Below are positions 16,431 through 26,484 of a DNA stretch of 64,000 nt, piece after piece. A model generated the notes under the pieces. The model ran no database searches, was not told where the DNA came from, and saw only the letters and a list, made by a program, of their open reading frames with translations. Both the position numbers and the translations under genes were made by a program. Origin of the DNA: Planctomycetota bacterium. Its GTDB lineage: Bacteria > Planctomycetota > B15-G4. The DNA is taken from the NCBI GenBank assembly GCA_965248575.1, contig CBDFJQ010000002.1, forward strand, positions 192,001-256,000, in the 5' to 3' direction. Position 1 is the first letter of the stretch. Each line of letters starts with the position of its first letter.

Positions 16431-18335
16431 CTAGGCCTGCTTCGACGGGTGGGGGCTCTTGAGCCACAGCTCGAAGGCGCTGGCCTGCTCATCGGTCAGC
16501 GTTTCCAGCGGGACCAGTTTCCAATTCTCGAGCCGACGCCGTTCAGGCGTCACGCGCAAGGTGCGCAGGGATTGTCCGCGGAAGAAGCTGATCTCGACCT
16601 CGCCCGGCCCGGCCCGGTCGAGCCGATCCTGGAGGTTGCCGGATGAGGCGCGGGTGCCGTTGATGGCGAGGATCAGGTCGGCGTGATTCAGGCCCGCCTT
16701 CCATGCGGGGCCACCTTCCACGACTTTGTCCACGCGACAGAGTCCGCCGCTGTTCGAGGTCGAGGCGCCCAACCAGGCCTCAAGGGCGAAGCCTTCCTCG
16801 TCCAAGTCGAGGGGACGTTCAGTGCTTTCTGGCTTCGCCTCCAGCTTCATCCCCACCCAACGCAGATCGTCATTGGGCTGGAGCGGGACCGTGCCATGGA
16901 TGTAGTCGCTGAAGAAGGGGCCGAGATCGTCGCCGGCGATCTCGCTCGCCAACTCCTGCATGGCACCTTCCGGGAAGCCGACACCCTTCGTCGTGTAGCG
17001 ATCCCAGCCGAGGCGCAGCACGTCCGCGATGGTGCGCTGGCCACTTGTCAGCCGACGGATACGCAGGTCGAGCATGAGCGACACCAGGGCGCCCTTGGAG
17101 TAGTAGGAGATGCTGCTGTTGGCGCTGTTCTCGTCGGGGCGGTACAGCTTGATCCACGCGCTGTGGCTTGAGTCCGCCATGCTCATGCGTTTGGAGCCGG
17201 GGCGTTCCGCTTCCTTGCGGAAGGCCTCGGCGCGTTCATCCAGGTAGCGCGACGTCTTGTCGTAGAAGCCGGCGCGCAGCGTCGACAGGTCGTCGAGATA
17301 GCTGGTGATGCCCTCGGCGACCCAGAGATCGCGGGTGTACACCTCACGCTCGTAGTCGAATGGGCCGAGTGCTTCGGGCCTGAAACGCTTCACGTTCCAG
17401 GCGTGGAAGTATTCATGAGCAATCAGGGACAGGAAGCCACGGTACTTGTCCGGTTTCGTCACCTCCCAACGATTCGTCATGCACACGCTGGAGTTGAGGT
17501 GTTCCAGCCCGCCGCCACCCGAATCCACCATGGACATGATGAACGTGTAGTCATCGAAGGGCATCTGGCCGAAGACGCTCGCCACTTCCGCCACGATCTT
17601 CGCGATGTCCTGCTTGAGCTGGACCTGATCCAGGTGGCTTCGGCCTGCCAGGACAACCCGGTGCGGCACGCCGTCATGCTCGAATTGAAAGGTTTCGTGA
17701 GGGCCTACTTCGAGAGGGCTGTCCACGAGGATGTCGAAGGAGGACGCAGTCCAGCTGCCGTCGCTGTGGGGCAGCCCGGTGAAGACGCTCCACCCCTGCG
17801 GGCATTCGACGCTCAGCTGGTGGGCCGCTTCGGGGCGATCGGAGACCTGGAAGAACAGGCCTGCCGGAGAGAGGAATGCATGCTCGGCGTTCACTTCGCT
17901 GGTACGGACCGACAATTCGTTGGCATAGACCGTGTAGCTGACGGTGAGGCTCGACGCACCCGCTGTCTCGACGCGCCAGGTGTTCTTGTCGACCTTGCTG
18001 ACGGCCAGGGATGTTCCTTCGCCGTCGCGGGCCGAGAAGTCCAGGACGTTCCGCGCGAACTCGCGCACGAGGTAGCTGCCAGGCGTCCAGACGGGCATGG
18101 AGAACTCGACGACATCGGCCGACACGTCCCGCAGGTTCGTTTCGAGGTGGACCAGGTGTGCGTGACGATCAGAGAGGCTGATGTGGGTGCGGACCATGGC
18201 AGCGGGACCTTGGTGTGTCGGTTGGGGCGGGAGAGCGCGGGCGGCCTGGGCGGGAGCAACCGATGCAAGGGCGGTCAACAAGAGGGCCATCAGGCCCAGC
18301 AGGGCGCGCCACGGCTGGAAAGTCAGCTGGAGCAA
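16431..18335 (-). CDS. M61 family metallopeptidase (glycyl aminopeptidase-like) with PDZ domain
   Basis: PVWTPGSY, GGGLEH, HEYFHAWN, WVAEGITSY and SYYSKG motifs; C-terminal PDZ. Start uncertain (TTG 18335 or ATG 18290 give a signal peptide). Confidence 0.9.
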   Translation of the reverse strand: MLQLTFQPWRALLGLMALLLTALASVAPAQAARALPPQPTHQGPAAMVRTHISLSDRHAHLVHLETNLRDVSADVVEFSMPVWTPGSYLVREFARNVLDFSARDGEGTSLAVSKVDKNTWRVETAGASSLTVSYTVYANELSVRTSEVNAEHAFLSPAGLFFQVSDRPEAAHQLSVECPQGWSVFTGLPHSDGSWTASSFDILVDSPLEVGPHETFQFEHDGVPHRVVLAGRSHLDQVQLKQDIAKIVAEVASVFGQMPFDDYTFIMSMVDSGGGGLEHLNSSVCMTNRWEVTKPDKYRGFLSLIAHEYFHAWNVKRFRPEALGPFDYEREVYTRDLWVAEGITSYLDDLSTLRAGFYDKTSRYLDERAEAFRKEAERPGSKRMSMADSSHSAWIKLYRPDENSANSSISYYSKGALVSLMLDLRIRRLTSGQRTIADVLRLGWDRYTTKGVGFPEGAMQELASEIAGDDLGPFFSDYIHGTVPLQPNDDLRWVGMKLEAKPESTERPLDLDEEGFALEAWLGASTSNSGGLCRVDKVVEGGPAWKAGLNHADLILAINGTRASSGNLQDRLDRAGPGEVEISFFRGQSLRTLRVTPERRRLENWKLVPLETLTDEQASAFELWLKSPHPSKQA

Positions 18336-18486
18336 GGGAGATCCCTTTGGGGCGAGGGTCTGGCGGTCGGGCCCGGTCGTCTGTCGACTGTCGAGCCAGC
18401 AGACGCGAATCGGCAATGCTGCCTCGGACAATAGGCTCTCGTCACGGGATGCCGCAAGCTGGGCGACCCACCCCATGGCTGAGGCG

Positions 18487-18903
18487 TCAGTCGACGAGGG
18501 CTTCCAGGACCTCGCGGATGTCGTCAGGGAAAGGCAAGGTCTCGAAGCTGTCGAGGTCGATGGCAACGATGGTGCCGAGCGCTTCCACGGAGGGTTCGGT
18601 GGCATCGCCATTGAAGCCCCGATATCGAAGTGTTGCCGACTTCGTCCCGAGCTTGGCGGTGTCTACCCGCAGGCGCATGGGCTCTCCGAAACGGAAGGGC
18701 TTCTTGAATTCGGTCTGGATGCTCACCGTGGGAAAACCGAGGCGCCGATCCTTCAGGATGGACATGTAGGGCACGCCGAGCCGGTCGCCGAACATGTCCT
18801 CGAAGGCCGCGTGGAAGTTGTCGAAGAAACGGGGGTAGAACATGATCCCTGCGTAATCGACCTGCCCAAAGCGCACGGTGAGAGTTGTTTCGTAGGCGCC
18901 CAA
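18487..18903 (-). CDS. Hotdog-fold acyl-CoA thioesterase (4-hydroxybenzoyl-CoA/YbgC family)
   Basis: VRFGQVDYAGIMFYPRF motif; GAGGAGG RBS 8 nt before TTG 18903. Confidence 0.85.
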   Translation of the reverse strand: MGAYETTLTVRFGQVDYAGIMFYPRFFDNFHAAFEDMFGDRLGVPYMSILKDRRLGFPTVSIQTEFKKPFRFGEPMRLRVDTAKLGTKSATLRYRGFNGDATEPSVEALGTIVAIDLDSFETLPFPDDIREVLEALVD

Positions 18904-19011
18904 CGTCACGACCTCCTCAAGAATCGGTTCATCCTGCAACGTGCTGCTCTGCGGACCACAAGCTCTTGCTGCGAGGACACCGTCACGGATCCAACTTGCT
19001 GCCGGAGCCCC

Positions 19012-20865
19012 CTAGGACGGTAGCTGGGTCTGCTCGCGGTTCAACTCTGTCTTGATGGCCGCTCCGATGGCCTGATCGGCGAGGGCCTGGGTCTTGTCAC
19101 CGAAGGTCTCGCAAGCCGCGCGCAGCCCTGGGACGTCCTCGTCCTTCGCGAGCTGATCCAATTGCGCGAGGTCCGCCTCGAGCTCGGCGCGCTGATCGGC
19201 CGTGAAGGGCATCTCGGGCATGGCCAGGACGCGCCGGGTTCCGGTCGCCAGGTTGTGGGCCTTGTTCTTGAGCTCCACGAGGTCCCGGGCTGCGAAGTCG
19301 TGGTGGGCCATCTTGATGGAGTCGCGGATGATGTCCTTGACCTCGTCACGCGTCAGGCCATGGCTCGGCACCACATCAATGGAGGCCTCGGCTTCGCTGC
19401 GTTGCTCCCGGGCCGTCACCGTCAGCACGCCGTCTGCGTCCACCAGGAAGGTGACCTCGACTCTCGGAAGGCCTGCCGGCATGGGGGGGATGCCGCGTAG
19501 CTTGAAGGAGCCCAGTTGGCGGCAGTCGCGAACGAGTTCCCGCTCACCCTGAAACACGTTGATCTCGATTGCGGTCTGGTTGTCCACAGACGTCGAGAAC
19601 ATCTCGGTGGCGCGTGCGGGGACCGTCGAGTTGCGAGTGACCAGCTTGGCAAATGCTCCACCCACGGTCTCGATGCCGAGTGAGAGTGGAATGACATCGA
19701 GCAGCAGCAGGTCGGTGGTGCCACCTGAGAGGATGTCCGCTTGGATGGCGGCGCCGAGCGCCACCACCCGGTCGGGGTCCAGCTCCACATGGGGTTTGCG
19801 CTCGAACAACTCCTCCACCAGCGCGCGCACGACGGGGATACGTGTCGAGCCGCCCACCATCACGACCTCGTCAACGCTACCGGGCGTGAGGCCGGCGTCC
19901 TTGAGAGCGGCGGTGCAGCAGGCCAGGGTCTCATCGATGCGCGGCCGGATGGCGTCCTCGAGCTCCTGACGAGTCAACGTGAAGCGGATGGGCTCGTCGA
20001 GGCCCAGGTCGATCTCGAGCGACGCCTGCTCGGATTCGGAGAGTTGTCGCTTCAGGGCCTCTGCCGAGAGGCGGATCTGCTGCAGCGCCTCGGCGGGGAT
20101 GGTCGCACTCGCCGACACGTGCTCGGCCACCGTGTCGAGGATGCGATCCATGATGGTCAGGTCGAAGTCGTCGCCGCCGAGGTGCGTGTTCCCGGCGGTC
20201 GCAGCCACCTTGTAGACGCCCTGGGTGATCTTCAGGACCGAGACATCAAATGTGCCACCCCCGAGGTCGTAGACCACGACGGTGCCTTCCCGGTTGGTGT
20301 CGAGGCCGTAGGCCAGCGCCGCTGCTGTGGGCTCGTTCACGATGCGCAGCGCCTTGAGGCCGGCGATCTTGGCAGCGTCTCGCGTGGCCTGTCGCTGGGC
20401 GTCGTCGAAGTAGGCGGGCACGGTGATCACCGCGGAGTGTACTTCGTGACCCAGGCTCTCTTCGGCGACACGGCGCACCTCGGCGAGAATCAGGGCCGAG
20501 AGCTCCTGTGGCGTGTAGAGCCTGTCCTCGACGCGGACGCGAGCCATGGGAGAGTCTGGCGTGGACTCGAGCGTGTATCCCAACCGCCCGGCTTCTCGTG
20601 CCTGAACCTCGTCGAGGTTCTGGCCCATGAGGCGCTTCACGCTGTGCACCGTGTATGCGGGGTGGGTGACGGCCCTGGCCCGCGCCTCCGAACCCACGAT
20701 GTGGGTGCCATCCTCCAGGAAGGAGACGACCGAGGGGATGAGAGCATCGCCGTTGCTACGGTTCAGGATGCGCGGCCCGTCCTTGCCCACGAGAGCTGCG
20801 AGGGAATTGGTGGTGCCGAGGTCGATGCCGATGACGATGTCGTCGGTGGCCGGTGTCCCGCTCAT
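19012..20865 (-). CDS. hscA: Fe-S assembly Hsp70 chaperone
   Basis: [23 protein letters not shown] and [10 protein letters not shown] motifs; immediately follows hscB in the ISC operon. Confidence 0.9.
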   Translation of the reverse strand: MSGTPATDDIVIGIDLGTTNSLAALVGKDGPRILNRSNGDALIPSVVSFLEDGTHIVGSEARARAVTHPAYTVHSVKRLMGQNLDEVQAREAGRLGYTLESTPDSPMARVRVEDRLYTPQELSALILAEVRRVAEESLGHEVHSAVITVPAYFDDAQRQATRDAAKIAGLKALRIVNEPTAAALAYGLDTNREGTVVVYDLGGGTFDVSVLKITQGVYKVAATAGNTHLGGDDFDLTIMDRILDTVAEHVSASATIPAEALQQIRLSAEALKRQLSESEQASLEIDLGLDEPIRFTLTRQELEDAIRPRIDETLACCTAALKDAGLTPGSVDEVVMVGGSTRIPVVRALVEELFERKPHVELDPDRVVALGAAIQADILSGGTTDLLLLDVIPLSLGIETVGGAFAKLVTRNSTVPARATEMFSTSVDNQTAIEINVFQGERELVRDCRQLGSFKLRGIPPMPAGLPRVEVTFLVDADGVLTVTAREQRSEAEASIDVVPSHGLTRDEVKDIIRDSIKMAHHDFAARDLVELKNKAHNLATGTRRVLAMPEMPFTADQRAELEADLAQLDQLAKDEDVPGLRAACETFGDKTQALADQAIGAAIKTELNREQTQLPS

Positions 20866-21569
20866 CGTGCGTGTTCCGTGTCGTTGAGGATCCTGCGATA
20901 GACCCGTGCCTGGTGGAGCAGCACGGCGATCTGTTCCGTGTTCCATTCGTGCGGGCTGATCATCGGTCGGGGGAGGTTGCTTCCCTCGGCCTCCCGCTGA
21001 TCTTCCCGGGCAATGCGTTGGATGGTGGCGGCGCACTGGGTGGCCACCCCCTCCATGCGTTCTTCGATTTCGACGCGCGCTGTATCGGCGATGCGTTTCA
21101 GGGTGTCCCGGCAGCCGATGCTGCGCGCATCATCGAGCTCTTCGGAGACCTCCATGGCCTCCATCAGGAACTCAGGCGAGAGGGTCTTGTGCCTTTCCAG
21201 GGAGCCGGGTGCATGTAACTCCAACAGGTACTCGGCCCGCAGCTGATCATCCGTCATCGTGCGCCAGGCCTCGTTCAGCAAGGCGCTGTTCTTCAGTGCC
21301 AGTTGCTTGACCTCATCCGTCGCGGCTGTCTGGAAGTCCGGGTGCAGCAGTCGCGACAGCTTCAGGTAGTGGCGCTCGGCCAGGTCCGCATCAAAGGCTT
21401 CGAGCGGGCTGAGCGCGAGTCTGCGGAAGTGGTCGGCGGCCGAGCCCGCGACGACGGAGTGCTCCTCCAGGATGAGGCCGCACGCGAAGCAGGCCAAGCT
21501 GGAGCTTGGATCCGCCGAACAGCGTGGGCACTGGATGAGGTCAGATGGAGAAGGAGGATCCGCAACCAC
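20862..21569 (-). CDS. hscB: Fe-S assembly J-domain co-chaperone with N-terminal CxxC-CxxC
   Basis: LHPDF J-domain motif, [22 protein letters not shown]; operon position. Confidence 0.88.
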   Translation of the reverse strand: MVADPPSPSDLIQCPRCSADPSSSLACFACGLILEEHSVVAGSAADHFRRLALSPLEAFDADLAERHYLKLSRLLHPDFQTAATDEVKQLALKNSALLNEAWRTMTDDQLRAEYLLELHAPGSLERHKTLSPEFLMEAMEVSEELDDARSIGCRDTLKRIADTARVEIEERMEGVATQCAATIQRIAREDQREAEGSNLPRPMISPHEWNTEQIAVLLHQARVYRRILNDTEHAR

Positions 21570-21909
21570 AAGTGCCGCTCGCCATGGGGTTCTTGAATGT
21601 GAATCCGCGGTCCATGAGCGTGTCGTTGAAGTCGATGGTGGTGCCCGCCATGTAGAACTCGCTCTTCATGTCGATCACCACTCGAATCTCGTGCTGCATG
21701 GAGACGATGTCGAATTCATCGGCTTCGTTGGTCTCGATGTCGATCTGATACTCGAAGCCGGAGCAGCCGCCTCCCTTGACGGAGAGGCGCATGGCTGTTT
21801 CTTCGGGTAGCCCCTTCTGGGCGACCACGTGCGTGAACTCCTTGGCCGCCGCTGCCGTGATCGCGAGCGTGTCTTCGGCGGAATCCGTTTCGGTGTCTGA
21901 GGCACTCAT
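21541..21909 (-). CDS. iscA: A-type Fe-S carrier
   Basis: GGGCSGFEY and CGCGSSF motifs; between iscU and hscB. Confidence 0.92.
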   Translation of the reverse strand: MSASDTETDSAEDTLAITAAAAKEFTHVVAQKGLPEETAMRLSVKGGGCSGFEYQIDIETNEADEFDIVSMQHEIRVVIDMKSEFYMAGTTIDFNDTLMDRGFTFKNPMASGTCGCGSSFSI

Positions 21910-21913
21910 CGTG

Positions 21914-22321
21914 TCAGCTTTCCGTGTCAGCCCCGCCATCGGGCGCCTGCTTCGACCGGTAGTCGGTCAGGGCGGCACGGATGGCGTCTTCGGCGAGAAC
22001 CGAACAGTGGATCTTCACGGGTGGGAGCGAGAGCTCCTCGACGATGTCGGTGTTCTTGATGCTCAACGCTTCGTCGACCGTCTTGCCCTTCACCCATTCC
22101 GTCGCCAGGCTCGACGAGGCAATGGCGGAACCGCAGCCGAAGGTCTTGAACTTGGCATCTTCAATCACGCCGTCGTCGTTCACCTTGATCTGCAGCTTCA
22201 TGACGTCTCCGCACTCGGGGGCACCGACGACGCCGGTGCCCACATCCTTGGCGGCCTTGTCGAGGCTGCCAACGTTGCGCGGGTTTTCGTAATGGTCCAA
22301 GACCTTGTCGCTGTAGGCCAT
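21914..22321 (-). CDS. iscU: Fe-S scaffold protein
   Basis: MAYSDKVLDHYENPRNVG, CGD, FGCGSA, and the LPPVKIHC HscA-binding motif. Confidence 0.98.
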   Translation of the reverse strand: MAYSDKVLDHYENPRNVGSLDKAAKDVGTGVVGAPECGDVMKLQIKVNDDGVIEDAKFKTFGCGSAIASSSLATEWVKGKTVDEALSIKNTDIVEELSLPPVKIHCSVLAEDAIRAALTDYRSKQAPDGGADTES

Positions 22322-22382
22322 GGGGACCTCCTGTATCTATGAGTGTGCGTGAGGGGAGAGGAAGGGTCTGGGGGTGGGCGCC

Positions 22383-23603
22383 TTAATGGGCGTCCCAGTT
22401 GACGCTGGAGAGGTCGATGCCCTCTTGCGCCATTTCGTAGAGGGGTGACATGTCGCGCAACTTGCGAACGGTCTTGATGACCGTTTCGGCGGCGGCGTCG
22501 ACTTCTTCGACGGTGGAGAAGCGACCCACGGAGAAGCGGATCGATGAGTGGGCGAGATCATCACCGACGCCGAGCGCCCGCAGCACGTAGGACGGCTCCA
22601 GGCTGGCGGAGGTGCATGCGGAGCCCGAGGACACCGCGATCTCAGGGATGCCCATGATGAGCGATTCGCCTTCAACATAGGCGAAGGAGATGTTGAAGGT
22701 CGTCGGCAGACGGTGGACCTCGTGGCCGTTCAGCTCCACGTGGTCCAGAGCGCCGCGGATCTTCTGCTCAAGGCGGACGCGCAGGGCGTTGTAGTGGGCC
22801 TGGTCCTTCTCGAAGTCCAGCTTGGCGAAGTGGCAGGCCGCGCCGAGCCCGACGATGCCGGGCACGTTCAGGGTTCCGGAGCGCATTCCGCGCTCGTGGC
22901 CGCCGCCATGCATCTGGGGGGAGAGTCGCACGCGAGGGTTCCTGCGGCGCACGTAGAGGGCGCCGACTCCCTTGGGGCCGTACATCTTGTGAGCCGAGAG
23001 GCTCACCATGTCGACGTTCAACTCGTTCACATCGAACGGCATCTTCGCGACCGCCTGGGTCGCGTCCGTGTGGAACCAGATGCCCTTCTCCCGCGCGATG
23101 ACGCCGATCTCCTGAATGGGGTGGAGGGTGCCGATCTCGTTGTTCGCTGCCATGAGCGTGATGAGCACCGTGTCCGGGCGAATGGCTGCAGCCACCTGCT
23201 CCGGGGTGACACGGCCCGTCTTGTCGACCTCCAACCAGGTCACCTCAGCGAGGCCCTTGCTCTCGAGGTAGCGGCAGGAGTCGATGACGGCCTTGTGCTC
23301 CGTGACACAGGTGATGACGTGCTTGCCCTTCTTGGCCAGCATCTCCACCGTGCCCTTGATGGCGAGGTTGTCGGACTCCGTGGCCCCGCTCGTGAAGATG
23401 ATCTCCTTCTCGTTCGCACCGAGCAGGTCGGCGACCTGCTGCCGTGCGATCTTGACGGCCTCTTCTGCTGTCCAGCCAAAGCTATGCGTGCGACTGGCTG
23501 CGTTGCCGAAGTTCTCGCGAAGGAAGGGCAACATGGTGTCGAGTACGCGCGGGTCCATGGGCGTGGTCGCGTTGTAGTCGAGATAGACGTGCTTGCTGGA
23601 CAT
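22383..23603 (-). CDS. iscS: Cysteine desulfurase (group I)
   Basis: [34 protein letters not shown] and SHVL-like SYVL motifs. Confidence 0.97.
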   Translation of the reverse strand: MSSKHVYLDYNATTPMDPRVLDTMLPFLRENFGNAASRTHSFGWTAEEAVKIARQQVADLLGANEKEIIFTSGATESDNLAIKGTVEMLAKKGKHVITCVTEHKAVIDSCRYLESKGLAEVTWLEVDKTGRVTPEQVAAAIRPDTVLITLMAANNEIGTLHPIQEIGVIAREKGIWFHTDATQAVAKMPFDVNELNVDMVSLSAHKMYGPKGVGALYVRRRNPRVRLSPQMHGGGHERGMRSGTLNVPGIVGLGAACHFAKLDFEKDQAHYNALRVRLEQKIRGALDHVELNGHEVHRLPTTFNISFAYVEGESLIMGIPEIAVSSGSACTSASLEPSYVLRALGVGDDLAHSSIRFSVGRFSTVEEVDAAAETVIKTVRKLRDMSPLYEMAQEGIDLSSVNWDAH

Positions 23604-23607
23604 GGAT

Positions 23608-24069
23608 TCAGTGCTTCGCAGGGATGGAGTGCAGCTTGTTTTGATTCTCGTCCAGCAGTGCAACAAGGCTCGTGCTGTCGAGGAGATGAAGGATCTTCTG
23701 GTTGACCGCCTGCATGGGGCTGCGAGAGCCGCAGACATCTTCGTAATCACACTGCTCTTGCGAGCTCGGGAGACCGCCGATGCCCTCGAGCGCGCAGTCG
23801 GTGAGCTGGACGGGGCCGTCGATGGCCTTGAGGATGTCCAGCAGCGAGATGCTCTCGGGGGAGCGGATCATGTGGTAGCCGCCATGCAATCCTCGGCGGG
23901 AGCCCAGGAAGCCGGCCTCCCGAAAGGCCTTGAGCAGGTTCGCCACCACCGTCTTGGGCATGTGGAACGCCTCTGCCAACTCGGAGGCGCTGGCCAGGAG
24001 ATCCGCATTCCGGGCGAAGTGGCCCAGAACAAGGACGCCATAGTCAGCCATCTTCGAGAAACGGATCAT
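23608..24069 (-). CDS. Rrf2 family Fe-S cluster assembly regulator
   Basis: [11 protein letters not shown] start, SRRGLHGGY, three C-terminal Cys; first gene of the ISC operon. Confidence 0.88.
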   Translation of the reverse strand: MIRFSKMADYGVLVLGHFARNADLLASASELAEAFHMPKTVVANLLKAFREAGFLGSRRGLHGGYHMIRSPESISLLDILKAIDGPVQLTDCALEGIGGLPSSQEQCDYEDVCGSRSPMQAVNQKILHLLDSTSLVALLDENQNKLHSIPAKH

Positions 24070-24240
24070 GAGGAGCCGGGGTGGGGGGCGGTTCGAGGTC
24101 AGGGGTGTCGATGAAAACGGGGGGCTGCCGGCCTTTGGCACCCGAATCCGGGTGAGCTGGCGTGTCGGAGGCACCGCAATTCCAGCGCTTTCCGGCAGGT
24201 CGCTAGATAATAGCTGTGAATCGCTCCTGTATCCATCGAA

Positions 24241-24267
24241 AAAAGAGGACTCCAACCGTACTGTTTT
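24241..24267. promoter_or_regulatory. Candidate Rrf2 operator palindrome upstream of the ISC operon
   Basis: AAAAGAGGAC-N7-GTACTGTTTT, 8/10 inverted-repeat match, AT-rich in a GC-rich genome. Confidence 0.55.
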
Positions 24268-24398
24268 GCGATTCGGCTCCATGAGAGGGCGGAGGCAATC
24301 GCTGGCAGCTGGCACTGGGAGGGGGGCCTTCTGTCTTGGCCTCTTGTCCCTACAATGCCGCACCTTCACTGGAACCCACGTCACGGATCTGGACCGCC

Positions 24399-24887
24399 AT
24401 GAGTCATCAGAAAGCGCCGCGCAAGCCGGGAGCAGCCCTCACGATCGAGGGTGTCTGCGACCGTCCCACCGCCTTCGGCCATTACGACCTGAGCATCCTG
24501 CACAGCGACTATCAGGTGGAGGACGTCTCGAAGGTTGACTCCAAGCTGAAGGGCAAGGCCGTGCGCCTCCGCTCGTTGATCGATGCCGTGAGCCCCGGCT
24601 TCTATGCCCGCTTCATCACCATCGAATCTGAGGATGGGACGTTTTCGGCATCGCTGCCTCTGAAGGAGACCAGCCAGACGGCCTTGGTGATCTACGAGCT
24701 CAAGGGAAAGCCTCTGGATCGAAGCGAGGGGGGGCCTGTGCGCTTCGTGATCCCGTTCTTCGGCGACAAGTGCGCCAACGTCAAGGGCGCCGTGAAGATG
24801 ACGATCAGCGAGGCCCCTGGCCGGGATACCCGGCCCTCGAACGCCAAGGAGCATTCGGCGATTCACGCGACGGAAAAGAAGGACTGA
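24399..24887 (+). CDS. Small protein resembling the molybdopterin-binding oxidoreductase (Oxidored_molyb) domain
   Basis: LTIEG, G.PL...GGPVRFVIP...ANVK pattern. Confidence 0.7.
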   Translation: MSHQKAPRKPGAALTIEGVCDRPTAFGHYDLSILHSDYQVEDVSKVDSKLKGKAVRLRSLIDAVSPGFYARFITIESEDGTFSASLPLKETSQTALVIYELKGKPLDRSEGGPVRFVIPFFGDKCANVKGAVKMTISEAPGRDTRPSNAKEHSAIHATEKKD

Positions 24888-25023
24888 GCTGAGCCCTGAA
24901 TCCGGGCGCCCGCCCTGGGGGCGGAGTCCGGACTCCGTGCGTCGAGCGCAGAGGAGGCACAGGCGGCCGACGGTTCCCTGGAGTCCTAGGAGGACTCCGA
25001 GGAATCGCGCTCGCCTGGCGACG

Positions 25024-25374
25024 CTACTTCAGGAGGCCCTTCCAGGTGTCGTCCTGGAAGCCCACCACCAGCGTCTTGCCTAGGCGGATGGACGGCGCCC
25101 GCAAGTTGCCTGTGGGGCCAAGGATCGCCTCGAGAAGCTCCTTCTCTGGAGGCGGATCCCGCTTGAGATCGTAGTTCAGGACCTTCTTGCCCTTGATGGC
25201 CACGACCTTTGCGGTCTTGCGTAGCAGCGCGATGGTCTCGCGCTTCGCAAATGTCTCTTTACGAGCATCAACCACCGCACGGGTGGTTACGCCGGCCGAT
25301 TCCATGAAGGCATCGGCGCGGCTGCAGCTCGTTCAGCCCTTGCGGTGGTAGTACCAGTCGATCCGCCGACCCAT
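25024..25374 (-). CDS. ArsC-like thioredoxin-fold selenoprotein (UGA codon 14 read as Sec; UxxC)
   Basis: ATG 25374 gives MGRRIDWYYHRKG-(TGA at 25335-25333)-TSCSRADAF, continuing in frame into the 25024..25305 ORF with GPTGNLRAP...LVVGF. Confidence 0.85.
25291..25322 (-). promoter_or_regulatory. SECIS-like hairpin 10 nt downstream of the in-frame UGA
   Basis: mRNA GCCG-C-GCCGAU-(GCCUUCAUGGA)-AUCGGC-CGGC stem-loop. Confidence 0.65.
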
Positions 25375-25510
25375 GGAACGCTCCGAGAATTGAAGAGGCG
25401 GGATTCTACCTATCCCAGAGCCCAGGCTGAACCGGCTTGCCCAGTCGAGTGGCGGACTTTCTGGCAATCCTGGTCTGCTGGGCCCCGCTCAGACCAGCTT
25501 CGCGACGTGC

Positions 25511-26479
25511 TCAGCGCACATCAGAACCCATGTATTCGTCCAGCTGAACCAGTTGCTCCAGGACTTGCCTGGCCGTGCTCAGATCTCCGATTTCGAGCGA
25601 CAATCCGTGCTGCTCCTGGAGCGCTTCCTTGGCCGAGTGGAAGTCCTGTTGGCGCATGGAAGTCTCCGTAATGACGGAGAGCCCGTTCCAGACGGCGTCC
25701 AGGTCCCGGACCGAGCGGCCGATGCGAACGGCTTCGAGCATCGTGGAGCGGGCATCTGCTGAGCGCCCGTTGAGCGCCTGGATGTGACCGATGAGCTCCA
25801 GGCAGTGGCCCTGCCCCCAGAGGTCCTGGAGTTCCTGGGCCCGGCTGAGGCTCTGCCGGAGGGGGGTGAGAGCGGGGAGCGTTTCAGCGCGTGAGCCGGC
25901 GACGTCGAGCAGCGACTCGGCCTGCCTCAGGAGCGCGCGTTGCTCGGCATGCAGGGCCCGGTCCGTCTTGTTCAAGCTCAGCAGCGTGTCGGCGGCAAAT
26001 CCAAAGCGCGTGTCACCGAGGCTCGCATCGGCAAGCCGCGCGAACTCCCTCGCCTTGTCCTCCTGTACCTGGGCTGCGTCCCGTTCGGGGCTCGGCGTCT
26101 TCGGCAAGCCGGCGCTCTGCTTCAACCACTGCTCGCATTGGTCGGCGATGTACAGGCTGAGCCCCCATGCGTCTTCGCTCAGCGCGACGGAGAGTTCGGC
26201 CAGGTTGCCGCTGGCGTAGAGCTCGTCGAAGAGTTCCTCTCCTTCGAGGGGCGTGACCACTTCGTCGACCCCCGGCTTTCGCTCGGCCTCGCGCGGGTCA
26301 CCGGCATCGCGCGGGTCGCCCAGACCGCGTGGGTCCTCCGCGTCGCGAGGGTCCAGGCTCTCGGGCGGGGGGTCCTGCTTCGACACCAGGGGAGGCTGCC
26401 CAGCTTGTGTCGTCATGGGGCTTGCAGCAGACAACAGCGCAAGTAGCAGAAGAGTGGGAGGCCAGGCGAAGCGCGACAT
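25511..26479 (-). CDS. Exported helical-repeat (TPR-like) hypothetical protein
   Basis: Signal peptide MSRFAWPPTLLLLALLSAA; TPR-like helices (GHCLELIGHI, AKEAL); start 5 nt after the larE stop. Confidence 0.7.
   Translation of the reverse strand: MSRFAWPPTLLLLALLSAASPMTTQAGQPPLVSKQDPPPESLDPRDAEDPRGLGDPRDAGDPREAERKPGVDEVVTPLEGEELFDELYASGNLAELSVALSEDAWGLSLYIADQCEQWLKQSAGLPKTPSPERDAAQVQEDKAREFARLADASLGDTRFGFAADTLLSLNKTDRALHAEQRALLRQAESLLDVAGSRAETLPALTPLRQSLSRAQELQDLWGQGHCLELIGHIQALNGRSADARSTMLEAVRIGRSVRDLDAVWNGLSVITETSMRQQDFHSAKEALQEQHGLSLEIGDLSTARQVLEQLVQLDEYMGSDVR
26282..26353. repeat. 4 x 18-bp intragenic tandem repeat encoding DPRxxx
   Basis: Units ctcggcctcgcgcgggtc, accggcatcgcgcgggtc, gcccagaccgcgtgggtc, ctccgcgtcgcgagggtc; protein DPRDAE DPRGLG DPRDAG DPREAE. 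Confidence 0.8.
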
Positions 26480-26484
26480 CGTGT

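Noticed and set aside
26282..26353. 18-bp repeats as a CRISPR or mobile-element signature
   Set aside because: In-frame coding repeats without spacers.
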